Part shown: in pieces, positions 52,005-61,927 of the stretch
How positions within the stretch are numbered: position 1 is the stretch's first letter
Layout of the letters: the number at the start of each line of letters is the position of its first letter
Assembly: GCA_965217865.1 (NCBI GenBank)
Contig: CBDCJO010000002.1
Coordinates: forward strand, 448,001 to 512,000
Source: Candidatus Latescibacterota bacterium
Lineage (GTDB): Bacteria > Latescibacterota > UBA2968 > SICM01
Length of the DNA: 64,000 nt
Direction: 5' to 3'
Made by a program: the position numbers and the translations under genes
Notes under the pieces: model-generated
Told to the model about the DNA's origin: nothing
What the model saw: only the letters and a program-made list of their open reading frames with translations
Databases searched by the model: none

Positions 52005-52156
52005 GGATTTTCCGAGTCACGATCCACGGACCCCGGCTTTTCCGATCCCCGAATCACGATCCACGGGTTTTCCGATCCCCGAATCACGATCCACGATCCA
52101 CGGGTTTTCCGATCCCCGAGCCACGGACCACGATCCACGGTCTTTTCGATCCACGG
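52005..52156. repeat. Imperfect tandem repeat of CACGATCCACGG..TTTTCCGATCCCCGA units
   Basis: About 4 contiguous units of 29-36 bp; related units at about 52490-52545 and 53530-53570. Confidence 0.85.
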
Positions 52157-52382
52157 TACGCTTCGCGCTTCATTCGGAGCCAGGAGGCGGCTCCTGTAAA
52201 TCAAAAGAGATTGTCAGAATTATTAACCCTGGCCTTATTTGGCCAAAAGTTGTGGGACCGGTCTCCAGACCGGGAACTAGCTCTGAAGGGCCATGATCAC
52301 TCATAAAAGAACATTTTCTTTTCGATGACGACCTTGTTCCCCGACTGGAGTCGGGTCCCACAGAATCTAAGGGATTGTCCCG

Positions 52383-53303
52383 TCACCTATGACCCGCCTT
52401 TTGCATTTTCCATTTTACATCTTCCCGCTGCCACCTGCCACTGCTACTGCCGTTCCATGACCTCTGACATCCGATCCCCGCCTTATCGATTCCCGAGTCA
52501 CGATCCACGGACCCCGGCTTTTCCGATCCACGATCCCCGGCCTTTCCCTTGAGCAGATTATTCAGGTACTTCAGACTGTGCCTTGCCGCACCATCCGGAT
52601 CGTCTGTCGGCTCAGTCTCCAGAATGAAATATCCCCTGTATCCGACCTCCTTCAACGATTCCACACAACCCTTCAGATCGACATCCCCTGTTCCAAGCAA
52701 TTTATCGCCGGTGTCCTTGAGGTGAACCTGGGCAATCCGACCTTTGAGCAGGCGAATGTCCTGAATCGGATCTCCCCCAAGGGACTTGCTGTTGGTGGGG
52801 TCGAAGTAAGACCAAAGACTGGACGATCCGACCGTCTCGATCAGATTGAGGATCTCCTTGTAGCTCGTCACGTGACTGTTTCCGACAAGCTCCAGGGCGA
52901 GTATGGATTCATATTTTTGTGCGTGGTACGCCACGGCTTTCAGCTCTTCGACCCAAAAGGAATCGGCCTCTTTCTTATCCAATCCGTTGGGATTCGTTAC
53001 CGGGATCAAAATCGTTCTCGACCCCAGCTCCGAGGCGGCCTTCAAGGAATTCAGGACGATGTCTTTAGCGGTTGTCCGATGGGCAACGTCCCTGTCCGCG
53101 AAACTGAATCTCCAGAACGAATGAAGACAGATCGAAGGCACTTCGACTTCGGTCCGCTGAGACCTCTCCCTGAGGGCCTCGAGCCCGCCTGATTTCCAAA
53201 GCTCCGTGTTTAGATAATCATCCCCATGCAACCCCAGTTCCACCCCGTCAAACCCGAGTGTCTTCGCCGCGTCGAAAACCTCCGTCCAATCCCGCTTGAT
53301 CAC
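52383..53303 (-). CDS. Sugar phosphate isomerase/epimerase
   Basis: GFDGVEL, ALELV, YFDPTN, VHLKD, LGTGDVD; C-terminus reads through repeats. Confidence 0.85.
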   Translation of the reverse strand: MIKRDWTEVFDAAKTLGFDGVELGLHGDDYLNTELWKSGGLEALRERSQRTEVEVPSICLHSFWRFSFADRDVAHRTTAKDIVLNSLKAASELGSRTILIPVTNPNGLDKKEADSFWVEELKAVAYHAQKYESILALELVGNSHVTSYKEILNLIETVGSSSLWSYFDPTNSKSLGGDPIQDIRLLKGRIAQVHLKDTGDKLLGTGDVDLKGCVESLKEVGYRGYFILETEPTDDPDGAARHSLKYLNNLLKGKAGDRGSEKPGSVDRDSGIDKAGIGCQRSWNGSSSGRWQREDVKWKMQKAGHR

Positions 53304-53571
53304 CGCTTCCGTAGTTCCGATCTTGTAATTCAGATCTCCAATGGGATCCTCCCATACGCCTCTCCCGAAAAAATGATTTAACCAATCTCTACTAGATCGA
53401 TTCTAATTCAAACTGTATTCTCAGATCTTGAATTAATGCTTTCGGACGCGACCTTTATGATTCCTCTAACAATCTCTGGCTTCGCTACCGCCACACCGCT
53501 ACTGCTTTTCCCTGACCTCTAACCACCGACTTCCGATCCACGAGTCACGAACCACGATCCCCGGCCTTTTA

Positions 53572-53610
53572 AACAATAGAGGCCGGAGGACATTCGCCCC
53601 ACGGCCTCTT
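53572..53610 (-). terminator. Terminator after frr
   Basis: AGAGGCCG..CGGCCTCT hairpin followed by ATTGTTT. Confidence 0.65.
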
Positions 53611-53633
53611 GCCGATCCTTCTTCCCGAAACGT

Positions 53634-54191
53634 CTATACCTCCATGATCTCGGCCTCTTTTTTCTTCAGGATTTCTTCCACCTTTTTGACGTGTTCATCG
53701 GTTAGATCCTGCACTTGCTTAAGGGCCCTTTTGCTGTCGTCTTCGGGAATCTCACCCGACTTCTCGCCATCTTTGAGCATCTCATTGGCTGCTCGCCTGG
53801 CGTTCCGAATCGAGATGCGGCCCTCTTCGGTCAGCTTTTGTACGACCCGGACAAGATCCTTACGCCGTTCCTCCGTAAGCGATGGAATCGGAAGACGGAT
53901 AATTGTCCCGTCATTCGAGGGGGTAAGCCCCAGGCCGGAGGCCAGAATGGCCTTTTCCACGACCGATATGACGCTTTTATCCCAGGGCTCGATCGTCAGC
54001 ATACGGGGTTCCGGAATGCTGATCGTGGCAACTTGGTTGACAGGCACCTGCGAACCGTAATATTCCACCCGCACGACATCCAGAAGGTTTGTCGTCGCGC
54101 GTCCCGTTCGGATCAGTGCCATCTCGTGACGGACCGACTCGATGGCCTTTTCCATATCCGATCGGGTTGCTGATAGGATATCCTTGATCAT
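53634..54191 (-). CDS. frr: Ribosome recycling factor
   Basis: [22 protein letters not shown]. Confidence 0.97.
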   Translation of the reverse strand: MIKDILSATRSDMEKAIESVRHEMALIRTGRATTNLLDVVRVEYYGSQVPVNQVATISIPEPRMLTIEPWDKSVISVVEKAILASGLGLTPSNDGTIIRLPIPSLTEERRKDLVRVVQKLTEEGRISIRNARRAANEMLKDGEKSGEIPEDDSKRALKQVQDLTDEHVKKVEEILKKKEAEIMEV

Positions 54192-54910
54192 GGCGGACTC
54201 TCCCCGACGAATGTACCGATCGATTCCCCAAGCGCGGCTTTGACGAGATTCCCCTTATTCAGTACGTTGAAGACCATGATCGGCATCTGGTTATCCATAC
54301 AGAGCGAAATCGCCGTCGCGTCCATCACCTGTAGCCTTTTTTCCAGGACGTCGATATAGGTCAGGGTATCGAAGCGGACAGCTGAAGAATTCTTTCTGGG
54401 GTCCGAATCATAGACCCCGTCGACGTTTGTTCCTTTTAGAATGACTTCCGCCTCGATCTCCATAGCCCGGAGCGCAGCGGCGGTATCGGTCGTGAAGTAG
54501 GGATTACCCGTTCCAGCCCCAAAAATGACGACCCGTCCCTTTTCAAGGTGCCTCGTCGCCTTGCGTCGGATAAAAGGCTCCGCAACCGCTTCCATTCGAA
54601 TAGCGGTCTGAACCCGGGTGAATACACCCATCTTTTCTAGCGCGTCTTGGAGTGCAAGGGCATTGATGACCGTGCCAAGCATCCCCATATAGTCCGCCGA
54701 GACCTTTTCCATACCCTGTTCGGCTGCCTCGTCGCCACGGCAGATATTCCCGGCACCAATAACGATCCCAACATCAACCCCGGCCTCCCGGATCTCCTTG
54801 ATCTCGGTGGCGATTTCCTGCACAACCCTTGAGTCGATGATCCTGCCATCGGACCCTCCGAGGATCTCGCCGCTCATCTTGAGGAGAACCCGTCGGTATT
54901 TGGGCTTCAC
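54188..54910 (-). CDS. pyrH: UMP kinase
   Basis: [32 protein letters not shown]. Confidence 0.97.
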   Translation of the reverse strand: MKPKYRRVLLKMSGEILGGSDGRIIDSRVVQEIATEIKEIREAGVDVGIVIGAGNICRGDEAAEQGMEKVSADYMGMLGTVINALALQDALEKMGVFTRVQTAIRMEAVAEPFIRRKATRHLEKGRVVIFGAGTGNPYFTTDTAAALRAMEIEAEVILKGTNVDGVYDSDPRKNSSAVRFDTLTYIDVLEKRLQVMDATAISLCMDNQMPIMVFNVLNKGNLVKAALGESIGTFVGESPP

Positions 54911-55018
54911 GAAGACTCCAGGAAACCTTGTGGACGATTAAAAGGGATTGGGAATTCGACAGGGAATCAAAAAAGAAAACGGAAGGGACGTCCTCCTTTG
55001 GGAGGCCTTAAACGAGGG

Positions 55019-55882
55019 TTACTCTTCTCCAAGCATAAACCGCGCAAACCGACCCACTGAGATACCCTCGCCCAATTTTTCCCCTTTCACAGAGAGAAGG
55101 TCTCCAACCGTTTGATCAGGATCTTTGATGAAGGACTGCTCAACGAGGCAGGCCTCCTGATAGTATTTTTCCAGGCGGCCCGCTACGATCCGGTCCAGAA
55201 CCTTTTCCGGTTTGCCTTCCGTCGCAGCCTGCTCCCTGTATATCGATTTCTCCCGCTCGATGCGATCGGTCGGGATATCCTCTCGAGATACCGCAATTGG
55301 GCTGGACGCAGCGACCTGCATGGCCAAATCCCTCGCCAGGGTTTGTAATTCCGGTCCGTCGGCAACCCCCTCAGTCTCGCATCGCACTTCAACAAGGGAT
55401 CCGAGTTTGCTCCCCGCGTGGATATACGAAGTTAATACCCCCTCGCTATTCAAAGACACGCGAGTGAAACGTCTTATGGAAATATTCTCTCCGGTTTTGG
55501 AAATCAACTCCAGGAGCTTATCTTTGATCGGTTTATCCGGCTCTTTAACAAAGGATTCTTCTGAAGACTCCGACTCCCCAAGATATTCGGCAACCTGTTC
55601 GGAAAACGTCCGAAACTCCTCGGTGCGGGCAACAAAGTCCGTCTCACTGTTGATCTCGACAAGAACCCCGAGGTGTCGGTCAGGCTTGATGTACGATGCA
55701 ACCAGCCCTTCGTTGGCGGAGCGTCCTGCACGACTCTCTGCCTTGGCGATGCCACGCTTCCGCAGGATATCCACCGCCCTCTCCATATCCCCTTCGGCCT
55801 CTTCTAAGGCCCTTTTACAGTCCATCATCCCCGCGTTGGTCTTCATGCGAAGGGTCTTGACCATTTCAGATGTGATCGTCAT
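55019..55882 (-). CDS. tsf: Elongation factor Ts
   Basis: AGMMDCKRAL, EINSETDFVA. Confidence 0.97.
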   Translation of the reverse strand: MTITSEMVKTLRMKTNAGMMDCKRALEEAEGDMERAVDILRKRGIAKAESRAGRSANEGLVASYIKPDRHLGVLVEINSETDFVARTEEFRTFSEQVAEYLGESESSEESFVKEPDKPIKDKLLELISKTGENISIRRFTRVSLNSEGVLTSYIHAGSKLGSLVEVRCETEGVADGPELQTLARDLAMQVAASSPIAVSREDIPTDRIEREKSIYREQAATEGKPEKVLDRIVAGRLEKYYQEACLVEQSFIKDPDQTVGDLLSVKGEKLGEGISVGRFARFMLGEE

Positions 55883-55971
55883 CGATGAAACACTCCCTGA
55901 ACCGATATAAGTCCAACCACGCCTGGAATTGATACTTGGTTCAATTATTCTCCCACGCTGAAATACCCAGC

Positions 55972-56946
55972 CTACCCCCTTCTACCTCCCCTGGGTCCAC
56001 CGCCCCTTCCTCCACCACCTCTTCCTCCACCGCCTCTTCCGCCTCCTCCTCTTCCGCCTCCTCCTCTTCCGCCTCCTCCTCTTCCCCCACCACCCCGTCC
56101 GCCGCCCCCAAATCCAGGCCGGCTTCCTTTATCATCCCGACGGCCTTCCACCTTGTGGTCACTTGCTGAGAGTTCATCCTGGATAATCCGAATGTCCTCG
56201 GCCTCCTCGGACATAACCTTCTCATCCTCCCCTTCCTTTAAGACCTCCTCCGATTGAACCTTCGCCTGAGCCTCCATCACGGCATCAGCGATCTCTTTGG
56301 TGATCAGGCCGATCGAGCGAATTGCATCGTCGTTTCCCGGGATCGGATAATCGATCACGTCGGGATTGCAGTTCGTATCGACGATCGCTACGACCGGAAT
56401 ATCCAGTTTATTCGCCTCTGCGACAGAAATATTCTCCTTCTTCGTGTCCACGACGAATATCAGGCCCGGAAGCCCTTTCATGTTTCGAATCCCCCCCAGG
56501 GCCTTGTCAAGCCTTGCCCGCTCTTTCTGAAGCTGGATGATCTCCTTCTTCTTCAATTTCATCTTTTCGAACGAGCCTTCGGCTCTCATCTTGTCCAGTG
56601 CGTCCAAACGCCGAATGCTCTGCCGGACCGTTTGATAATTTGTCAGCATGCCCCCAAGCCACCTCTCGGTAACGTGGTACATGCCGCATCGTTCCGCTTC
56701 CCGCTCGATCACATCTTTGGACTGCTTCTTTGTGCCCACGAAAAGGACCGATTCTCCGTTCTCGACGGCTTCCCTTACGATGTTTGTCGCTTCCTCGATG
56801 CTCCGCAGCGTCTTCTGCAGGTCGATGATATAGATCCCGTGTCGTTCCGTAAAGATGAATTTTTTCATCTTCGGATTCCAACGGCGGGTCTGATGCCCGA
56901 AGTGAACACCAGCTTCCAGAAGGTCCTTCATGGGAACTACGCTCAT
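55972..56946 (-). CDS. rpsB: 30S ribosomal protein S2 with Gly/Arg-rich tail
   Basis: [28 protein letters not shown]. Confidence 0.97.
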   Translation of the reverse strand: MSVVPMKDLLEAGVHFGHQTRRWNPKMKKFIFTERHGIYIIDLQKTLRSIEEATNIVREAVENGESVLFVGTKKQSKDVIEREAERCGMYHVTERWLGGMLTNYQTVRQSIRRLDALDKMRAEGSFEKMKLKKKEIIQLQKERARLDKALGGIRNMKGLPGLIFVVDTKKENISVAEANKLDIPVVAIVDTNCNPDVIDYPIPGNDDAIRSIGLITKEIADAVMEAQAKVQSEEVLKEGEDEKVMSEEAEDIRIIQDELSASDHKVEGRRDDKGSRPGFGGGGRGGGGRGGGGRGGGGRGGGGRGGGGRGGGGRGGGPRGGRRG

Positions 56947-57066
56947 TAAAATCCTCCTGACGGGTTTATCCTATGCACCCCTCGCTTCGCCCCTTAGTCC
57001 GTTCGGACACCCGCGGTGGCGATCAGGATGCAAGTGAAATGGGGGGAGAGAACTCCCCGCAATCGA

Positions 57067-57456
57067 TCATCTCTTTGAAAACTGAAATCGTTTCCGCGCG
57101 CCTGGCTGACCTGGCTTTTTTCTTTCGACCATCCGGGAATCTCGAGTTAGCAGCCCGGCCACACGGAGTTGCTTCCGGAGCGACTCATCGTTCTTCAAGA
57201 GTGCCCTGGCGATGCCAAGGCGCACTGCCCCCGCCTGACCGGCCAATCCCCCTCCGTTGGACTTGATCTTGAGGTCGAACTGGTCAGTCCCCTCAATCAG
57301 CACCAATGGTTGCTCCATCAGCATGACAAGCGTCTCTCGGGCGAAGTATTCGGCCGGGGTGCGACCATTGATCGTAATTTTTCCCGATCCGGGTGTAAGC
57401 CGGACGGTGGCGGCCGCCTCTTTCCGACGCCCCGTAGCGATCACGACATCACTCAA
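57067..57456 (-). CDS. rpsI: 30S ribosomal protein S9
   Basis: [28 protein letters not shown]. Confidence 0.97.
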   Translation of the reverse strand: MSDVVIATGRRKEAAATVRLTPGSGKITINGRTPAEYFARETLVMLMEQPLVLIEGTDQFDLKIKSNGGGLAGQAGAVRLGIARALLKNDESLRKQLRVAGLLTRDSRMVERKKPGQPGARKRFQFSKR

Positions 57457-57580
57457 ACCTCTTCCTCCTTAAAGTTTTTTTCGGTTTGTGGATTGTTTCA
57501 AAAGCCAAACTGTATTCTCAGATCTTGAATTATTGTTTCTTGGGCGCAACTTTGCACCTTGCATTTTCCCACTGACCCCC

Positions 57581-57628
57581 GTCCTTCGACTGCGTTCCGC
57601 AAAAAACGCGGAACTCCGCTCAGGATGT
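57581..57628. repeat. REP-like palindrome (related copies at about 59504-59547 and, inverted, about 20443-20507)
   Basis: TCCTTCGACT..hairpin..CTCCGCTCAGGA. Confidence 0.65.
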
Positions 57629-57810
57629 GTTCAATAAGACTTTATGATTGTTAGCCTATCGCGGCCATTGCTTCGCTCAGGTCCTTAAATTTCCATTTTA
57701 CACCCTGCAATTTCCTCCCCTTATCTCGACCCCAGCTTTGCCTCTTCCTGCCACTGCCTTTCCCGTCTCACGTCTCATTTGACGTTTTGACGGCTTTCAA
57801 TCTTCATTCT

Positions 57811-58245
57811 TCAATCGTCAATTTTCAGGGTTTCCGGTTTCTGCGCTTGTTGCTTATGATCGGGTCCTTTATATACCTTGAGCTTCTTACCCATCTTGCG
57901 CCCCAGCCGATTATGGGGAAGCATTCCGCGAATCGCAAATTCGAGAATCCTTGCGGGTTTCTCGCTCAAAAGCCTTTTATAGCTTGTCCTCTTCAACCCC
58001 CCTGGATAACCGGAATGCCGAAAGTACTCTTTTTGATCCGCCTTTCGGCCGGTGACAACGACCTTTTCCGCGTTCACCACGACAACATAATCCCCTGTGT
58101 CTACGTGGGGTGTATATATCACCTTGTGCTTCCCCCGCAGGATCTTCGCGATCTCGGATGCAAAGCGTCCGAGAACCATTCCATCCGCATCTACGACATA
58201 CCACTTTGGGGTAAAGGCACCTCGTTTGGCGTTGTAAGTCCTCAT
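57811..58245 (-). CDS. rplM: 50S ribosomal protein L13
   Basis: [22 protein letters not shown]. Confidence 0.97.
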   Translation of the reverse strand: MRTYNAKRGAFTPKWYVVDADGMVLGRFASEIAKILRGKHKVIYTPHVDTGDYVVVVNAEKVVVTGRKADQKEYFRHSGYPGGLKRTSYKRLLSEKPARILEFAIRGMLPHNRLGRKMGKKLKVYKGPDHKQQAQKPETLKIDD

Positions 58246-58311
58246 AAATGACCCTTCATACAATCAAGAACGAAAGTTGTGGACCTATTTTCAGGATTAG
58301 CAAAGCTTTAT

Positions 58312-58340
58312 ATACTAATCTCAAATGGTATTTTTGTCAA
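58312..58340 (-). promoter_or_regulatory. rplM promoter
   Basis: TTGACA-17 bp-TAGTAT. Confidence 0.65.
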
Positions 58341-58409
58341 GGACAAATTCGAATTTCGTGATGAGTGTAACCGGCCCGGTCCCGGCCTTCGGAGGAAACC
58401 CATTCTCAG

Positions 58410-59027
58410 TCAATCTTCCTTCCCCACCCTCTCCTTCAGCATCAACAGAGCGATAATCGTCTTCCCGTCAACGATCCCCCCCTCATCGATCATCTTCAGC
58501 GCTTTCTCGAACGGGACAACGTGTGTGCGAATGTTCTCCGCCTCGGACGAAATTCCCGCCTCCTTGAGAATCCCTTCAGCCTTTTTTACCCTGGCCAGAT
58601 ACAGCTCGATCCGTTCGGATGTCCCTCCGGGACTGACATAGAATGTGGAAAGATGATCCAGGGGACCCTTCAGAGAGTATCCCGTCTCTTCGAAAAGCTC
58701 CCGCCTTGCGACCGCCTGGCCGTCCGCATCTTTTATGCCCGAGACGATCTCCAGGATCCAGCCCTTCCCGTCCCGCTTATTTTCGGGAAAACCGGCGTGC
58801 ACGGGGTAACGGAACTGCTCCACGAGAACGACCTCCTCGTCCTCTTCCGAATAGAGAATCACCCCGACACCATCTCCACGGTTAAAATTGGTCCGCGAAA
58901 TGTCAGGGCTCATGCTCCCGTCGAACCTTTCGTGCGAGAGCGTTGCTTTCTCGACTCGAAAGAAGACCCGGCCATCCGGAAACCTGTACTCATACGGAAC
59001 TTCCGTCTTCTTGATCTCGACTTTCAT
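58410..59027 (-). CDS. NUDIX hydrolase (ADP-ribose pyrophosphatase-like)
   Basis: EQFRYP, ARRELFEETG, SPGGTSE, DGKT. Confidence 0.9.
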   Translation of the reverse strand: MKVEIKKTEVPYEYRFPDGRVFFRVEKATLSHERFDGSMSPDISRTNFNRGDGVGVILYSEEDEEVVLVEQFRYPVHAGFPENKRDGKGWILEIVSGIKDADGQAVARRELFEETGYSLKGPLDHLSTFYVSPGGTSERIELYLARVKKAEGILKEAGISSEAENIRTHVVPFEKALKMIDEGGIVDGKTIIALLMLKERVGKED

Positions 59028-59749
59028 CGGCTTTTCCTGGTAAGGGTTTGATAAGTGCATATGCTTAGTGGATTGTTACGGAATTAGCCTTTCATTTACA
59101 CCGCTAGCCTGCGAAGGATGTCCGTTGAATTGGTGATATGTAAAGTTACGGTTGGTTTAACGCCCTCATCCCCTGTATCCCCTTCTCCCGCTTAGCAGGA
59201 GAAGGGGACGATGACATTCATTTTCTATATATTAAGGATCTTGCCATTCCCTCTTTAAACGGTTCCGAGAGGGATCGTGGCTTAACCGGGCCCTGGTGGA
59301 ACGTTAATAAGGAGGGACAGAGTCGCGCCCAAAAACCGATATTATGATTCAGGTACTGAGAGTGCAGGTAGACTTCCGTAATTGGAGAGTCTTTTTGTTT
59401 GCTTTCACCCCCTCCCCAAGGTCGCCCTTTTTCTTACTACCACCCACCGGTTGCTCTCTTGCTCGCTACCCCCAGCCCTTAAGAAAAAGGGCGGAAAAAG
59501 AAGGATCCTTCGACTCCGCGGCAAAACCGCCGCTCCGCTCAGGACATGCTCTGCTCAAACGCCGCGGAGGCTGGGCGCAGCCGAAGCCGGGCGCTAGATG
59601 ACAAACAAAATTTAGTGCCCCTTCGAGAGGTCTCGTGGCTTCAACGGGCTTGGGTGGAACGATCAAAAGAAGAGGCCGCGTTGCGCCCAAAAGCAAAAAT
59701 ATGATTCAGATGCCAATAATACAGTATGAATTTCAAAACAATCTACTAG

Positions 59750-61583
59750 TCCCTATACAAGCGTGAATTTTTCTTGGTTTTAGTAGAAAAAAGTTGAAAA
59801 TGCCCCAGTTTTCAGGCCTATAGTTGTAGTGTGAAAGACAAAAAGAGGCCATCAAAAGGGGCATTTCAGATGAGAGAATATAGGAAGATTCTTCGGAACA
59901 GGGAAGCACGAATTGTCCGTCGTTTGCGTCGGAAGCAGTGGTGCAGTCAGGTCAAGCCTATGATGTCTGGGGGAAACATCCACTACGAGATAAGTGGGAA
60001 GGCCGAGGCGATCACGTGTGGGGGGATCGGCGCGTTTCACCACATGGTCCGCAGGGTTGGGCTGGTGAAAGAGATTGACCGTCATCTTCATCTTTTGAAA
60101 GTGCATTTGCCCTGTCACGAATCAGACCACGTTCTGAACATCGCCTACAATGCGCTGGTTGGTGGTCAACGCCTTGAAGACATTGAGCTGCGCCGGCAGG
60201 ATGCCACGTTCCTGAACGCTTTGGGCGCTCAGCGTCTCCCGGATCCGGCCACAGCAGGCGACTTTACACGTCGTTTCCGGCCATCGGATATCGAGACGTT
60301 GATGGATTGCATCAACCGGGTGCGCACCCGGATCTGGAAAAAGCGCGCCAGGGGCGAACTCAAAGAAGCCCTCATCGACATCGACGGCACCCTGGCCACC
60401 ACCCTCGGAGAACGCAAGCAGGGCATGGCCCTGTCATACAACGGTATCTGGGGATACCATCCTCTCGTGGTCTCTCTGGCGAACACCAGGGAGGTGTTGT
60501 TTCTTGTGAATCGACCCGGCAATGTGCCCAGCCACGACGGTGCCGTAAAGTGGATCGATCGCGCCATCGCGCTGGTCGCCCCTTTCGCCAAACGCATCTG
60601 CCTGCGCGGAGACACCGGCTTCTCACTCACCCGGCACTTCGATCGTTGGTCGGAAAAGGTCGACTTCGTCTTCGGCATGGATGCTTACCGGGGATTGGTC
60701 AAGATCGCCAAATCCCTGTCACAGAGCGATTGGGAGCCCTTTGAACGACAACCCAAATACCAGGTCAAAACCTCCCAGAGACAGAAACGCGAGAACGTGA
60801 AAGCCCGGATCATCCGGGAGCGCGGCTTCAAAAACATCCGACTTGCCAGTGAACGTGTTGCCGGGGTTTCGTATCGTCCTGCTCGATGCAGGAAGACCTG
60901 TCGACTCGTGATCCTCGAAAAGAACCTGAGCGTCGAACGCGGCGAAAACGCCCTGTTCGATGACAAGCGCTGTTTCTTCTACATTACCACCCGAAAAGAT
61001 CTTACGGCCGCGGAAATCGTGAGGCTGGCCAATCGACGGTGCGATCAGGAAAACGTGATTGAACAACTCAAGAACGGGGTCAACGCCATGCGGATGCCCG
61101 TCGACAACCTGATGAGCAACTGGGCTTACATGGTCATGACCGCCCTGGCGTGGAACCTCAAAGCCTGGTTCGCGTTGATGATCCGAAAGCGTGAGCGTCG
61201 CGATCAACTTCTGAGAATGGAGTTTCGCGCCTTCCTCCAGAATCTGATCTGGATCCCTTGCCAGATCGTGACCCGGGGAAGACAGATCATCTATCGTGTC
61301 TTGGGCTACAACCGGTGGATGACTGACTTCTTCCCGGCCTGGAACAGAATCAGATGGCTCAAACCGGCCTGACTGCCATGTCAGCACCTGTCGTCGTAAC
61401 ATCACAGGGACAAGTCCGTCCACCCCGGCTAAAACACGTCCGCAAACTCAGTTAATTAGACAATCGCATGCCGAAACAATCACAAAAACAGCCCAGACAT
61501 CATCTCCACCAAGTCACAAGTCTGAAATGCTCCGAAATCTTGTATAACACACCGCTCAACAAGCCTATTCGCTTATTTTAGGG
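59750..61583 (+). mobile_element. IS1380-family element, copy 2
   Basis: Near-identical to copy 1; flanked by CTAG on the left and CTGG on the right. Confidence 0.9.
59870..61372 (+). CDS. IS1380-family transposase
   Basis: Differs from copy 1 at two residues (L/M and H/N). Confidence 0.9.
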   Translation: MREYRKILRNREARIVRRLRRKQWCSQVKPMMSGGNIHYEISGKAEAITCGGIGAFHHMVRRVGLVKEIDRHLHLLKVHLPCHESDHVLNIAYNALVGGQRLEDIELRRQDATFLNALGAQRLPDPATAGDFTRRFRPSDIETLMDCINRVRTRIWKKRARGELKEALIDIDGTLATTLGERKQGMALSYNGIWGYHPLVVSLANTREVLFLVNRPGNVPSHDGAVKWIDRAIALVAPFAKRICLRGDTGFSLTRHFDRWSEKVDFVFGMDAYRGLVKIAKSLSQSDWEPFERQPKYQVKTSQRQKRENVKARIIRERGFKNIRLASERVAGVSYRPARCRKTCRLVILEKNLSVERGENALFDDKRCFFYITTRKDLTAAEIVRLANRRCDQENVIEQLKNGVNAMRMPVDNLMSNWAYMVMTALAWNLKAWFALMIRKRERRDQLLRMEFRAFLQNLIWIPCQIVTRGRQIIYRVLGYNRWMTDFFPAWNRIRWLKPA

Positions 61584-61924
61584 CTGGTACCGTAGCCTTG
61601 CACTGCAGCCTCCTTCTTGCCTGCCGGATTCCAACCGAATTCCACAGGCTGGTACTGACGAACCGGACTTCCTCTACGAGCGACCGCAGATAGATGGAAA
61701 CGATAGGAACTGCTGCAGAGTGCACGAATCAGAAGGTCGAGCCGCGCTTCCTGTGCCACCGAATACGTCTCACGCTGCCACTGGTACCAGCGGGAGACCA
61801 CGGCTCGCACCAGACGCCATGGACTCGGCGGCCACTCTCCAAGCGCGTCTGCAAACGGGTTCGCGCGCCATGGCGTGGCATGGAATCGACCAAGCGGGAA
61901 TAACTGGCAAAGCACGATGCTCAT
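61584..61924 (-). pseudogene. csb2: Type I-G Cas5/6 fusion protein Csb2, truncated by IS1380
   Basis: FPLGRFHATPW..EWPPSPWRLVRA. Confidence 0.85.
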
Positions 61925-61927
61925 TAT

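Noticed and set aside
52005-52156. Possible CRISPR array for the type I-G genes
   Set aside because: Units are contiguous and degenerate with no unique spacers; no repeat-spacer array was seen anywhere in the window
55941-56225. Acidic EEEEA ORF as the true rpsB tail via a frameshift
   Set aside because: The main frame is uninterrupted and repeat variation is synonymous only in the Gly/Arg frame
59162-59208. CCCCTTCTCC..GGAGAAGGGG hairpin as an ncRNA
   Set aside because: Looks like a common REP-like palindrome; single copy here with no other support
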